From NCBI GenBank assembly GCA_910577095.1, contig CAJTLY010000004.1, positions 51,021 to 115,020 of the forward strand: a DNA stretch of 64,000 nucleotides, read 5' to 3'. The DNA comes from an uncultured Alphaproteobacteria bacterium. GTDB lineage: Bacteria; Pseudomonadota; Alphaproteobacteria; RF32; CAG-239. A model generated the notes under the pieces. That model searched no databases and was not told the DNA's origin. It saw only the letters and a list, made by a program, of their open reading frames with translations. Made by a program: the position numbers and the translations under genes. Positions within the stretch are counted from its first letter, which is position 1. Every line of letters starts with the position of its first letter. Shown one piece after another: positions 55,409 through 64,000 of this stretch.

Positions 55409-55458
55409 GATACGGCCGTCGTTTTTCACAACAAGTTTTTTCTGTCGACAACCACCGT

Positions 55459-55737
55459 TTAATCATAAATATCGTCAAGCATTTTCAACAGCTTGGTTGC
55501 ATTGTTGTTCTTGATCGAATAATAAATGGCCTGAGCTTGCCGCCGGGTATCGACAATTCCGGCAGAACGAAGCACGGCCAAATGCTGGGAAAGGGCAGAT
55601 TGGCTGAGGCCGATCATCTTTTCCAGATCACCGACCTTGCGTTCGCCGTCCCGCAGAATATACATAATTTCCAGACGTTTTTTATTTCCCAGGGCCCTCA
55701 ACATTTTTGAGCCTTGTATCACAGCCGGATTTTCCAT
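55459..55737 (-). CDS. ArsR/SmtB family transcriptional regulator
   Basis: 92 aa with wHTH ...LRALGNKKRLEIMYIL...VGDLEKMIGLSQSALSQHLAVLRSAGIV... Confidence 0.75.
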   Translation of the reverse strand: MENPAVIQGSKMLRALGNKKRLEIMYILRDGERKVGDLEKMIGLSQSALSQHLAVLRSAGIVDTRRQAQAIYYSIKNNNATKLLKMLDDIYD

Positions 55738-55858
55738 TATTTTCCTCTCCTTGAGATCTAGCGGATTATAGAGATATCGGTTATGGTATGTATTTAGTAT
55801 TGAAATTTCAAAATTAAACTAATAATATTATTTATTAATAATACAAGGAGCCAAATAA

Positions 55859-56104
55859 ATGTCAGCAGAAAACAACGGCGAACTGAGCTTCGAAGAAGCG
55901 CTCGGACGCCTGGAAAACATCGTCCGCGAACTCGAAGCCGGGCGGATTAAGCTTGACGATGCCGTCAAAGCCTATGAACAGGCGGTTAAACTCAAGAACT
56001 TTTGCGAACAAAAGTTACAGGACGCCAAATTAAAAATTGAAAAAATAGAAATCACACCCGACGGCACTCCCGTTCTTACCCCTTTGGACAAGACCAATGA
56101 CTGA
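55859..56104 (+). CDS. xseB: exodeoxyribonuclease VII small subunit
   Basis: 81 aa: ...LSFEEALGRLENIVRELEAG...LDDAVKAYEQ... Upstream of ispA, as in many proteobacteria. Confidence 0.85.
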   Translation: MSAENNGELSFEEALGRLENIVRELEAGRIKLDDAVKAYEQAVKLKNFCEQKLQDAKLKIEKIEITPDGTPVLTPLDKTND

Positions 56105-57005
56105 CGACGACTTTAAAACGGTTCTCAACCGCTATGCGACCCGTTTCAATCAGGAAATCGACCGTTTTTTTCCGTTTCCCGAAGGGGAAGAAAAACGGGT
56201 TGCTCAGGCAATGCACTATTCCCTGACCCGGGGCGGCAAACGCTTGCGCCCCTATCTGGTTTTTGAGACCGCCGCCCTGTTCGGCGTTACCTTTGAACAG
56301 TCTCTCAATACGGCAATGGCGCTTGAAATGCTTCACACCTATTCACTGATTCACGATGACCTGCCGGCAATGGACGACGATGACCGTCGCCGCGGTTTTC
56401 CGACCTGTCATAAACAATTTGACGAAGCAACCGCCATTATTGCCGGCGACGGCCTGCTGACCTACGCTTTCGAAATTATGAGCCGGCCGGCCACGACACC
56501 TAATCCGGCTGTCCGCTGTTATCTGATCGAAATGCTGGCCAACGCCGCCGGTGCTTTCAACGGCATGGTTGCCGGGCAAATGCTTGACCTGATTTGTGCT
56601 GCCTACAGTTCCGGACGCCGCGATACCGAAGAATTGATCAAACACATTGAGGAAATGAAAACCGGACGTCTGCTGCGTTACGCGGTCGAAGCCGGCGCCG
56701 TTCTCGGCGGCGCAACCGAACAAGAGCTCCGTGCCCTGCTGGCCTATGCTCGCCGGATCGGCATTGCGTTCCAGATCACCGACGACATTCTGGACGTTAC
56801 CGGCGACGAACGGACGATGGGCAAAACCTTGCATAAAGACGAAAAACAAAACAAATTTACTTTTGTCAGCCTATACGGTTTAGACACCGCGCGCCGTATT
56901 GCCCGCGAATTAATTGCAGCGGCACGGCAAGACCTTGAAATCTTCGGCGACCGTGCCCAAAATCTAAAAAATCTGGCCGCTTATATCATTGAACGTCAGC
57001 ATTAG
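56097..57005 (+). CDS. ispA: (2E,6E)-farnesyl/geranyl diphosphate synthase
   Basis: FARM LIHDDLPAMDDDDRRRG and SARM ...FQITDDILD... Confidence 0.85.
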   Translation: MTDDDFKTVLNRYATRFNQEIDRFFPFPEGEEKRVAQAMHYSLTRGGKRLRPYLVFETAALFGVTFEQSLNTAMALEMLHTYSLIHDDLPAMDDDDRRRGFPTCHKQFDEATAIIAGDGLLTYAFEIMSRPATTPNPAVRCYLIEMLANAAGAFNGMVAGQMLDLICAAYSSGRRDTEELIKHIEEMKTGRLLRYAVEAGAVLGGATEQELRALLAYARRIGIAFQITDDILDVTGDERTMGKTLHKDEKQNKFTFVSLYGLDTARRIARELIAAARQDLEIFGDRAQNLKNLAAYIIERQH

Positions 57006-57016
57006 AGGAGACCGCC

Positions 57017-57862
57017 ATGAAAAAATTGTGGACTATTGTGACTTTGCTGGTTCTGGTTGCTTCCGGCAGCCGCGCCCAAATCGAATTTGAAGAAATCAAA
57101 AGCCGCACTCAGGAAAAACTGCACGTCACCGGCTTTTTCGACTATTTTCCGTTCGGACAATACGAAAACAATGTCTATTCAGGGGTTTTCAAACCGTTTA
57201 TCGAATATTTTTCCGACCACGGTCAATATGTGCTCGATTACCTGCCGGTCAGCATGAGCTACGAAGACACTATCCGCGAAGCCTCCAAAGGCGAAGCCGA
57301 CGTCGTTCTCGGCATGTATGCCGAAACCAGCCTTTACACCGACCTCAAGTTCATCTATCCGGCTGCCATCGACAATCCGATTCACATTGCGATGCTTCCG
57401 TCAAAAATCGGCAGTCTCCGTTCGCTGGAAGACCTGAAGAAGATGAAAGGTGCCATTCACGCCAAAGAACGTTTCAGCGGTTATGTCAATGATAAACTGA
57501 AAGATTTTCAGATCGAATATGTTGATAATTCATACGATCTGTTCGGCAAACTGATCCGTGGGGAAATTGACTACATCTTTACCAGCATTTACTTCGGCAC
57601 CATAGAAGCAGCCAAGCTCGGCCTGCGGCCGCAAATAGCCTTTTCCAAACAAAGCATCTGGACCGTGCCGGTGTTTATCGGCATTTCCAAAGCTTCGGTC
57701 CACCGCGAATATTTGTCCCATACCCTGAGCAAAATGCTTGAAAAACCCGAAATCCGCGAAAAAATTAAAAATGATATGATCAATATCGTCACCAAGGTGG
57801 AAGAACAATATAACGGGACTGTTCCCCCGGCTTATGAATTGCCCCAAAATGCAGACAAATAA
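57017..57862 (+). CDS. periplasmic solute-binding protein (ABC transporter / family 3 substrate-binding domain-like)
   Basis: 281 aa with a signal peptide MKKLWTIVTLLVLVASGSRAQ. No adjacent permease genes. Confidence 0.5.
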   Translation: MKKLWTIVTLLVLVASGSRAQIEFEEIKSRTQEKLHVTGFFDYFPFGQYENNVYSGVFKPFIEYFSDHGQYVLDYLPVSMSYEDTIREASKGEADVVLGMYAETSLYTDLKFIYPAAIDNPIHIAMLPSKIGSLRSLEDLKKMKGAIHAKERFSGYVNDKLKDFQIEYVDNSYDLFGKLIRGEIDYIFTSIYFGTIEAAKLGLRPQIAFSKQSIWTVPVFIGISKASVHREYLSHTLSKMLEKPEIREKIKNDMINIVTKVEEQYNGTVPPAYELPQNADK

Positions 57863-57984
57863 ATAATAGACGGCGCTAAAAAAACAAACATCAAATATTC
57901 TGTTACACAGAGTTCTTGACCTGAGACAAACAAGTTGCTAAATTATAACTCAGATTTGTAAAAACATTCGGGGGTAAGACATAT

Positions 57985-58650
57985 ATGGTTCTTTTGATAC
58001 ATCATCCGGTATCTGCCGTATCGCGCAAAATCCGCCTGTTGATGGCGGAAAAGCGTATTTTGTTCGTATTAAAAGAAGAAGAACCGTGGAACCTGTCTCC
58101 CGAAGTATATAAACTCAACGTAGCCGGAGAATTGCCGATTTTTATTTTCGACGGTAACGTGGTCTCCGGCAATTACGCCATTACCGAATTTCTTGAAGAA
58201 GTCAATCCCGACGTGCGGCTGATTAACGGCGATGCCCGCCACAAGGCGGAAATCCGGCGCCTGACCGAATGGTTTGACGGAAAGTTCGCCAAAGAAGCCG
58301 GTCGCAGCCTGATCAACGAAAAAATATACAAACGTTTCAGCAAAGGGTTGGCACCCGATTCCAAAATATTGAAAACGGCCCTCAATAACCTGAACTTTCA
58401 TATGGAATATATCGACTGGCTGTGCGAATCCCGCAATTACCTGGCCGGCGACACTTTTTCTTTGGCAGACATCACCGCCGCCGCGCATCTGTCGGTTATC
58501 GATTATCTGGGCGACGTCCCGTGGGAGGGCTATAAAAACGCCAAACTGTGGTACTCGAAAATCAAATCGCGTCCCAGTTTCAAAGAAATATTAAAGGACA
58601 ACATCAAAGGAATTCTTCCTGCAAAACATTATGCCAACTTGGATTTTTAG
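57985..58650 (+). CDS. glutathione S-transferase family protein
   Basis: N-terminal thioredoxin-like GST domain ...HHPVSAVSRKIRLLMAEKRI...ELPIFIFDGNVVSGNYAITEFL... and a C-terminal helical domain. Confidence 0.7.
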   Translation: MVLLIHHPVSAVSRKIRLLMAEKRILFVLKEEEPWNLSPEVYKLNVAGELPIFIFDGNVVSGNYAITEFLEEVNPDVRLINGDARHKAEIRRLTEWFDGKFAKEAGRSLINEKIYKRFSKGLAPDSKILKTALNNLNFHMEYIDWLCESRNYLAGDTFSLADITAAAHLSVIDYLGDVPWEGYKNAKLWYSKIKSRPSFKEILKDNIKGILPAKHYANLDF

Positions 58651-58652
58651 AT

Positions 58653-59096
58653 ATGAAAAAAATTTTGCTTCCTCTTGCCGCAATAACTCTTCTGGCTTCC
58701 TGTTCCTCCTGGCGCGAAGGCGACGGACAAATCGTCTACCACTGGGAACGTTATAACACGGGCGTCGAAAAGTTTGCGCGTGACCATAACTATTGTATGC
58801 ACCAGGCCGAGGCATTTAAACTGCTTCCGCGTTTCAAAACCTTGTTTCACTCCATGTTTTATTCGGAAGAAGAAAAATTGTTTGTCCGCGCCGACTGGAA
58901 TGCCGACCGCGGCATTTGGGCCACTTACGTCCCTTACACCGGTGCTCAGCCTTTGGTTGTCAACTATCTGCGTGACGACGCCGAAGTCGATCCGGCCGAC
59001 TACAGCAAATGCATGAGAGACAGAGGTTATACCATCCGCAACTACGACATTCCGGAAATCACCAACATCCGGCTGCACGGACGCCCCTCTATCTGA
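58653..59096 (+). CDS. hypothetical lipoprotein
   Basis: Start at MKKILLPLAAITLLASCSS (lipobox LASC), within the longer 58548 ORF. Confidence 0.5.
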   Translation: MKKILLPLAAITLLASCSSWREGDGQIVYHWERYNTGVEKFARDHNYCMHQAEAFKLLPRFKTLFHSMFYSEEEKLFVRADWNADRGIWATYVPYTGAQPLVVNYLRDDAEVDPADYSKCMRDRGYTIRNYDIPEITNIRLHGRPSI

Positions 59097-59098
59097 CT

Positions 59099-60496
59099 TC
59101 AATAGCCACCGCCGACTGCTTTATAAAAAGTAATCACGTTGCGATAAATGCCGCCTTCCGATTCGGCGAGGTTGTTTTGGGCTTCCAGGAGATTTTGTTC
59201 GGTCATCAGCAAATCACTGAATTCGATCAACCCTTCCTTGTATTTGTCTTTCATCGAAACCAGCACCTTCTGCATGCTGCGCACCGACCGCTGCAGCGAC
59301 TGATAGCGTTCATATTCCTTACGTACAGAAACAGTGGCGTTTTTGACTTCCTCTACCGCTGTCAGCAGCGTATTTTGATAAAGGTAAACATATTCTTCCT
59401 TAACTTCTTTATTGAGTTTTACCTGATTGATCAAACGACCGAAATTAAACAGCGGCAAACTGACCCCGGGCGCAAAACCATAAGCCGCCGACGATGACGA
59501 ACCGATATCCGAAAACTTTTTGGCCTGCCAGCCCAACATGCCGCTGAGACTGACATTCGGAAACAATTCCGCCACCGCTTCCCCGATCGCGGCATTGCGG
59601 GCAATCAGAGCATTTTCGGCCATTCGCACGTCGGGACGGTTGCGCACCGCATTCAGCGGGTAATTGTACAAGTTTTCAACTCGGAAAACAAACGGTTTTC
59701 CGATCATATTGCGACGGGTTCTTTCCAGTCCCGAAACGCTTCCCGGCAATTCCCCGGTCAAAACGGCAAGCGCATTTTTATAGGCTTCTTCCTGTTGTTC
59801 CAGCGCCGGCAGCAGCGCTTTGGTCGTCTGTACCGCATATTCCGCCTGATTGAGAGCCGCGGTATCGGCTAAGCCGTTGTCATACTTTCCTTTCACCGTC
59901 TGATAAATTTCCTGCTGCAACCGTAGATTTTCTTTCGTAATCCGCAATTGTTCCTGCACCGTTCTCAAGCCGATATAGTCACTGCTCACCTCCGCGGTCA
60001 TCGACAGCATCACGTTGATCAAATTGTCGGCAGCCGCGGTATAAAGTGCCCGCGACGCTTCATTCAGCCGCCGTCCGCCGCCCCAAATATCAATCTCCCA
60101 CGAAGCGTCAAGCCCCGCTTTGTAATAATCCTCGACCAAACGCGGCGTATTCTGTCCTTCGGAAAGATAATTGTAATTATAGCCGCCCTCGGCATTCAAC
60201 TGCGGCACAAATTGGGCTTCGTTGATCATCATCGTATAACGCGCCTGCTTAAGTTTTTGGGTCGCCGCTTTAACCGTCGGGCTTGAAGTTATCGCCTTAT
60301 TGACCAAACCGGTAAGGGTCTCATCGCCAAACTGTTCATACCAGCGTACCGAAACCGGAAACGTCTCCGCCTGCTGCAAGGACAACGCCGCCGCCATTTG
60401 CTCCTGGCCGTAAAATTCCGGCCGCGTATAATCCGGTCCTACCGTGCATGACACGGTCATCAGCAAAGCAGATAAAAAACATATTTTTCTATTCAT
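59099..60496 (-). CDS. RND efflux outer-membrane factor lipoprotein (OprM/NodT family)
   Basis: Start at [18 protein letters not shown] (lipobox) with a GGGAGG SD. Duplicated TolC-like helical/beta repeats. Downstream of the RND pump gene. Confidence 0.8.
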   Translation of the reverse strand: MNRKICFLSALLMTVSCTVGPDYTRPEFYGQEQMAAALSLQQAETFPVSVRWYEQFGDETLTGLVNKAITSSPTVKAATQKLKQARYTMMINEAQFVPQLNAEGGYNYNYLSEGQNTPRLVEDYYKAGLDASWEIDIWGGGRRLNEASRALYTAAADNLINVMLSMTAEVSSDYIGLRTVQEQLRITKENLRLQQEIYQTVKGKYDNGLADTAALNQAEYAVQTTKALLPALEQQEEAYKNALAVLTGELPGSVSGLERTRRNMIGKPFVFRVENLYNYPLNAVRNRPDVRMAENALIARNAAIGEAVAELFPNVSLSGMLGWQAKKFSDIGSSSSAAYGFAPGVSLPLFNFGRLINQVKLNKEVKEEYVYLYQNTLLTAVEEVKNATVSVRKEYERYQSLQRSVRSMQKVLVSMKDKYKEGLIEFSDLLMTEQNLLEAQNNLAESEGGIYRNVITFYKAVGGGY

Positions 60497-63400
60497 TTTT
60501 GCCTCCCTGCCCGTCATCAAGAGTAATACCGTCCGCCAACTTCGGATCCGGCTTAAACTTGTAGCCGCCCGACCATTCCTTAATTTGTTCAAATAAAGCA
60601 AAATATGCCGGAATAAAAATGATGCCGATCACGGTTGCCGCAATCATACCGTAAAAGACCGAAGTTCCGATTGCAATCTGACTTGAAGCGCCGGCGCCTT
60701 TGGCAATAATCATCGGAAACACGCCCAAAATAAACGTGAGCGCGGTCATCAACACCGCCCGAAAACGTTCCGACGCCCCTTTGACCGACGCTTCCAGAAT
60801 ACTGGCGCCGTCTTCCCGGTAAGCTTTGGTAAACTCCACGATCAAAATCGCGTTTTTGGCCGCCAGGCCAATCAACATAACCAAACCGAGCTGGGCATAA
60901 ATACTCAGCGGCTGTCCCATCAAATGCAATCCGGCCAACGCGCCCAAAATAGCAAAAATTGTCGAAAACATGACCGAAAAAGCCAGCATCCAGCTTTCGT
61001 AAAGCGCCACCAAAAACAAATAACAAAAAACCAGTGCCAGCATAATCAGAAAAATAACCAGCCCCGAGGCTTCCACTTCTTGCAGACTCAAGCCGGTCCA
61101 TGCAATCGTATATTCGGTGGGCGAAAGCGTTTCCCGTGCCGTTTTCTCAACGGCGTCAATCGCGGTTCCGGTACTGACGCCACTGGCCACTTCGGCAGTT
61201 ACCGACGCGTCGGTATACTGGTTATAACGTTTAATAATCTTGGGCATCATTACCGTCCTCACATCGGCAAAACTGCCGATACGGATCATCTGCCCGCTGC
61301 CGGAACGCACATACATGTTCTTCACGTCTTCAATCTTGCCGCGATACGTATAATCGGCCTGAATAATCACTTTGTTCACCTGTCCGGTCAACGTAATATT
61401 GTTGACATAACGCGAACCGAGATTGTTTTGCAGAGTCTCAAACAGTTCCGCCACCTGAATTCCATACGCTTCAAGTTTAGTCCGGTCGATGTCCAAATAA
61501 AGGTGCGGCGCATCGGCGGTATAAACGCTGAAGGCATAGGCCAGCGAAGGATCACTGTTCAGCTTGCCCAAAAACTGCTGCAAATGTTCAAACATCTGGT
61601 TGGAACTGGTCTCCTGGTTAACCGCCAGAAACTCCAACGACAAACCGCTGCTGTTGCCGATCCCCGGAATCGCCGGCGGAGCAAAGAAATTAAGGCTGAC
61701 ATCGTTGCGTCCGGCAAATTTCCGCGTTAATTCCGCCGTAATCGACTCAATCGACAACTGCGGTGAAGTTCGTTGTGCCCATGGCTTGAGACCGATAACG
61801 CCCATCGCGACGTTTTCGCCGGCACCGCCCAACAGGCTGTACCCGGCCACGCTGATAAAATACTGCACTCCGTCAACCTTCATTGCCCCGTCGGCAATTT
61901 GTGCCAACACCCGGTTGGTCTGATTGATGCTTGCGGTATCGGGCAATTGCAGGTTGGCAAAAACAATACCCTGATCTTCTTCGGGCAAAAAAGAGGTCGG
62001 CGTCAGCTTAAACCCGACCGCCAGCACCGCAATCGTTATCGCGGTTACAACCACGGTTACCATAAGCTTGGAAGAAAAATACTTAACCGCACCCAAATAT
62101 TTTTCTTTGCCGCGATCAATCACGTCGTCAAACCATTTGAAAAAACCGCGCGGCTGTTCCTGCTTGTCGCCGCGCAGAAAAATAGCGCACAACGACGGAC
62201 TGAGCGTCAGTGCATTAAACGCCGAAAAAACAATTGAAGTGGCAATCGTCACCGCAAACTGCTGATAAATCTTACCGGTAATTCCGGCCATCAGTCCGAC
62301 CGGCACAAAAATCGACAACAAAACAAAAGTGGTGGCAATGATGGCGCTGCCGATCTGCTGCATCGCCTTGATCGCGGCGCTGTGAGAGTCCATTTTTTCA
62401 TATACCATCAAATACTGTACCCGTTCCACGACGATGATCGCATCGTCAACCACCAGCCCGATCGCCAAAATCATCGCAAACAAAGTTAAGATATTGATGT
62501 CAAAGCCCAACGCATAAATCACAGCAAAGGTTGCGATCAGCGAGACCGGAATTGTAATCAGCGGAATCAGGGTTGTTTTGGCTTTTTGCAAAAAGATGTA
62601 AGTGACCAACACCACCAGAGCAAAAGTAATGATCAGGGTTTCGATAATTCCGGCAATCGAAGAACGAACGTACAGGGTCGAATCGTAAGCCACCTTCAAC
62701 TCCATGTCACCGCCGAACGTCTTTTGCAGCGCCGTAATTTCTTTGCCGACGTTATTCATAATATCCAACGAATTTGAACCCGGAGTCTGGCTCAAAGCCA
62801 TAATCACCGCCGGTGCATTGTCAAACTTGGCGTTCATCGCATAGGTGTCGGCGCCGAGTTCAATCCGGGAGACGTCCTTTAAGCGGACAATTCCGCCGTT
62901 TTCAGAAGTGGCGACCACAATATTGTTAAAATCGTCAACCGTATTAAGCAAACCTTCGGCGGTCAGCGACAACACGAGGTTGGTTCCCTGCGGGCTGGGT
63001 GCGGTACCGATACCGCCGACCGAGGCCTGAACATTCTGGCTTTTGATGATATTGACAATATCCGAACTGTTGAGTCCGAGCGACGAAATTTTTTCGGCAT
63101 TCAGCCAGATTCGCATACTGTACTGCGGACCGAAAATCTGCACATTGCCGATCCCGTTCACTCGTGACAGCGGATTTTTCAAATAAGCGTAAGCATAGTT
63201 GCTCAAATACAAATCGTCATAAGTGTTCTGCGGCGATCGCAACGCCAGCAGCGCCAGCATGTTCGACATCTCGGTCGTGACTTCCAGCCCTTCCTGCTGT
63301 ACGATATCCGGCAATTGCGACATCACCTGCTGGATACGGTTCTGTACTTTCACCTGCGCAATATCGGGATCGGTGCCGATGTTGAAAGTAATTGTCAATT

Positions 63401-63668
63401 TGTAACTGCCGTCGTCATTGGAGCTGGAAGTCATATACAGCATATTCTCCACCCCGTTGATCTGGTTTTCGATCGGCACCGCCACCGTATCGACCACCAC
63501 TTGGGCGCCGGCCCCCGGATACGACGTGCTGACGACGATTTGCGGCGGCGTTATCTGCGGATACTGAGAAACCGGCAGCACCGCAATCGCCAGTATGCCG
63601 AGCAAAATCATGATAATAGAAACCACGCCGGCAAAACGCGGCCGGTCAATAAAATACTCCGAAAACAT
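60489..63668 (-). CDS. RND multidrug efflux transporter permease subunit (AcrB/MexB family)
   Basis: 1059 aa with 12 TM helices and two large periplasmic loops. N-terminal [28 protein letters not shown] is typical of AcrB. Confidence 0.9.
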   Translation of the reverse strand: MFSEYFIDRPRFAGVVSIIMILLGILAIAVLPVSQYPQITPPQIVVSTSYPGAGAQVVVDTVAVPIENQINGVENMLYMTSSSNDDGSYKLTITFNIGTDPDIAQVKVQNRIQQVMSQLPDIVQQEGLEVTTEMSNMLALLALRSPQNTYDDLYLSNYAYAYLKNPLSRVNGIGNVQIFGPQYSMRIWLNAEKISSLGLNSSDIVNIIKSQNVQASVGGIGTAPSPQGTNLVLSLTAEGLLNTVDDFNNIVVATSENGGIVRLKDVSRIELGADTYAMNAKFDNAPAVIMALSQTPGSNSLDIMNNVGKEITALQKTFGGDMELKVAYDSTLYVRSSIAGIIETLIITFALVVLVTYIFLQKAKTTLIPLITIPVSLIATFAVIYALGFDINILTLFAMILAIGLVVDDAIIVVERVQYLMVYEKMDSHSAAIKAMQQIGSAIIATTFVLLSIFVPVGLMAGITGKIYQQFAVTIATSIVFSAFNALTLSPSLCAIFLRGDKQEQPRGFFKWFDDVIDRGKEKYLGAVKYFSSKLMVTVVVTAITIAVLAVGFKLTPTSFLPEEDQGIVFANLQLPDTASINQTNRVLAQIADGAMKVDGVQYFISVAGYSLLGGAGENVAMGVIGLKPWAQRTSPQLSIESITAELTRKFAGRNDVSLNFFAPPAIPGIGNSSGLSLEFLAVNQETSSNQMFEHLQQFLGKLNSDPSLAYAFSVYTADAPHLYLDIDRTKLEAYGIQVAELFETLQNNLGSRYVNNITLTGQVNKVIIQADYTYRGKIEDVKNMYVRSGSGQMIRIGSFADVRTVMMPKIIKRYNQYTDASVTAEVASGVSTGTAIDAVEKTARETLSPTEYTIAWTGLSLQEVEASGLVIFLIMLALVFCYLFLVALYESWMLAFSVMFSTIFAILGALAGLHLMGQPLSIYAQLGLVMLIGLAAKNAILIVEFTKAYREDGASILEASVKGASERFRAVLMTALTFILGVFPMIIAKGAGASSQIAIGTSVFYGMIAATVIGIIFIPAYFALFEQIKEWSGGYKFKPDPKLADGITLDDGQGGKNE

Positions 63669-64000
63669 CAGTTTTTCTCCTCTGCCGCGGCGGCGCTTTT
63701 CAACGTGATTTTAAATTTTCCGGCCTCGTCTTGCGAATTCATGCGGTCGAGAACAATGTTGTCACCGGGCTTAAACGTATTTTTCAAAACATAGTTGTTA
63801 TTTCCGTATTCGCTTAAGATTTCAGCCTTTACCTTACTGATACGGTCACCGTCCGCCACATAAACATAATTGCCGTCCGGTTCAAGGCAGACCAGATTTT
63901 TGCGTACCACGATTCCGCGATATTTCTTTTCAACCAGAACATCAACATACGCATTGGCCACCAGCAGCTTGTCGGGATTGGCAAAATCGGCATAAACAGC
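63668..64000 (-). CDS. RND efflux periplasmic adaptor (membrane fusion protein), C-terminal part; the gene extends beyond the window end
   Basis: C-terminal MFP-like beta-barrel/MP domain sequence ...[34 protein letters not shown]... The open frame continues to position 64000. The stop overlaps the pump start (ATGA). Confidence 0.7.
   Translation of the reverse strand, partial: AVYADFANPDKLLVANAYVDVLVEKKYRGIVVRKNLVCLEPDGNYVYVADGDRISKVKAEILSEYGNNNYVLKNTFKPGDNIVLDRMNSQDEAGKFKITLKSAAAAEEKN

Noticed and set aside
60589-61923. Several plus- and minus-frame ORFs inside the RND permease gene
   Set aside because: Nested or antisense to a 1059-aa AcrB-family gene with unmistakable topology.
1-64000. 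CRISPR arrays, rRNA genes, IS elements with terminal inverted repeats
   Set aside because: No regularly spaced direct repeats with unique spacers, no rRNA-like conserved segments, and no transposase ORFs flanked by terminal inverted repeats were seen. Only serine recombinases are present.

Overview
This 64-kb window comes from a proteobacterial chromosome, judged from rpoH with an RpoH box, the xseB-ispA pair, RND efflux genes, ftsY, nagAB, mutY, rluD and uppP. The host background is about 50-55% GC. A strongly AT-rich genomic island of roughly 15.7 kb sits next to a tRNA-Leu(CAG) gene, at about 15318-31050.

The island carries:
- a frameshifted large serine recombinase directly abutting the tRNA;
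- an ankyrin-repeat protein;
- an unusual restriction-like module: a GIY-YIG/T5orf172-SF2 helicase fusion (1097 aa) plus two translationally coupled N6-adenine methyltransferase ORFs, with an A6 tract at their junction;
- two convergent small serine recombinases (invertase/resolvase type) with inverted repeats and res-like repeat arrays in their upstream regions;
- an RloC-like ABC ATPase with a CxxC zinc hook;
- an AbiL/PARIS-like ATPase plus RloB/TOPRIM pair.

Outside the island, the notable loci are:
- an AaxABC-like acid-resistance module (porin, pyruvoyl-dependent arginine decarboxylase, arginine/agmatine antiporter);
- a RimK-associated triad (RimK-like start, UUP1-like 7TM protein, retropepsin-like protease);
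- a truncated, frameshifted rtcB pseudogene;
- a striking ~500-bp polypyrimidine tract (polypurine on the reverse strand) downstream of the pyruvate:ferredoxin oxidoreductase gene;
- an orphan type IV coupling protein (TraG/VirD4 family) preceded by two paralogous membrane proteins, one carrying a long Arg/Asp/Glu repeat region.

No rRNA genes or CRISPR arrays were seen. All functional calls rest on motif recognition by eye; no database search was possible.
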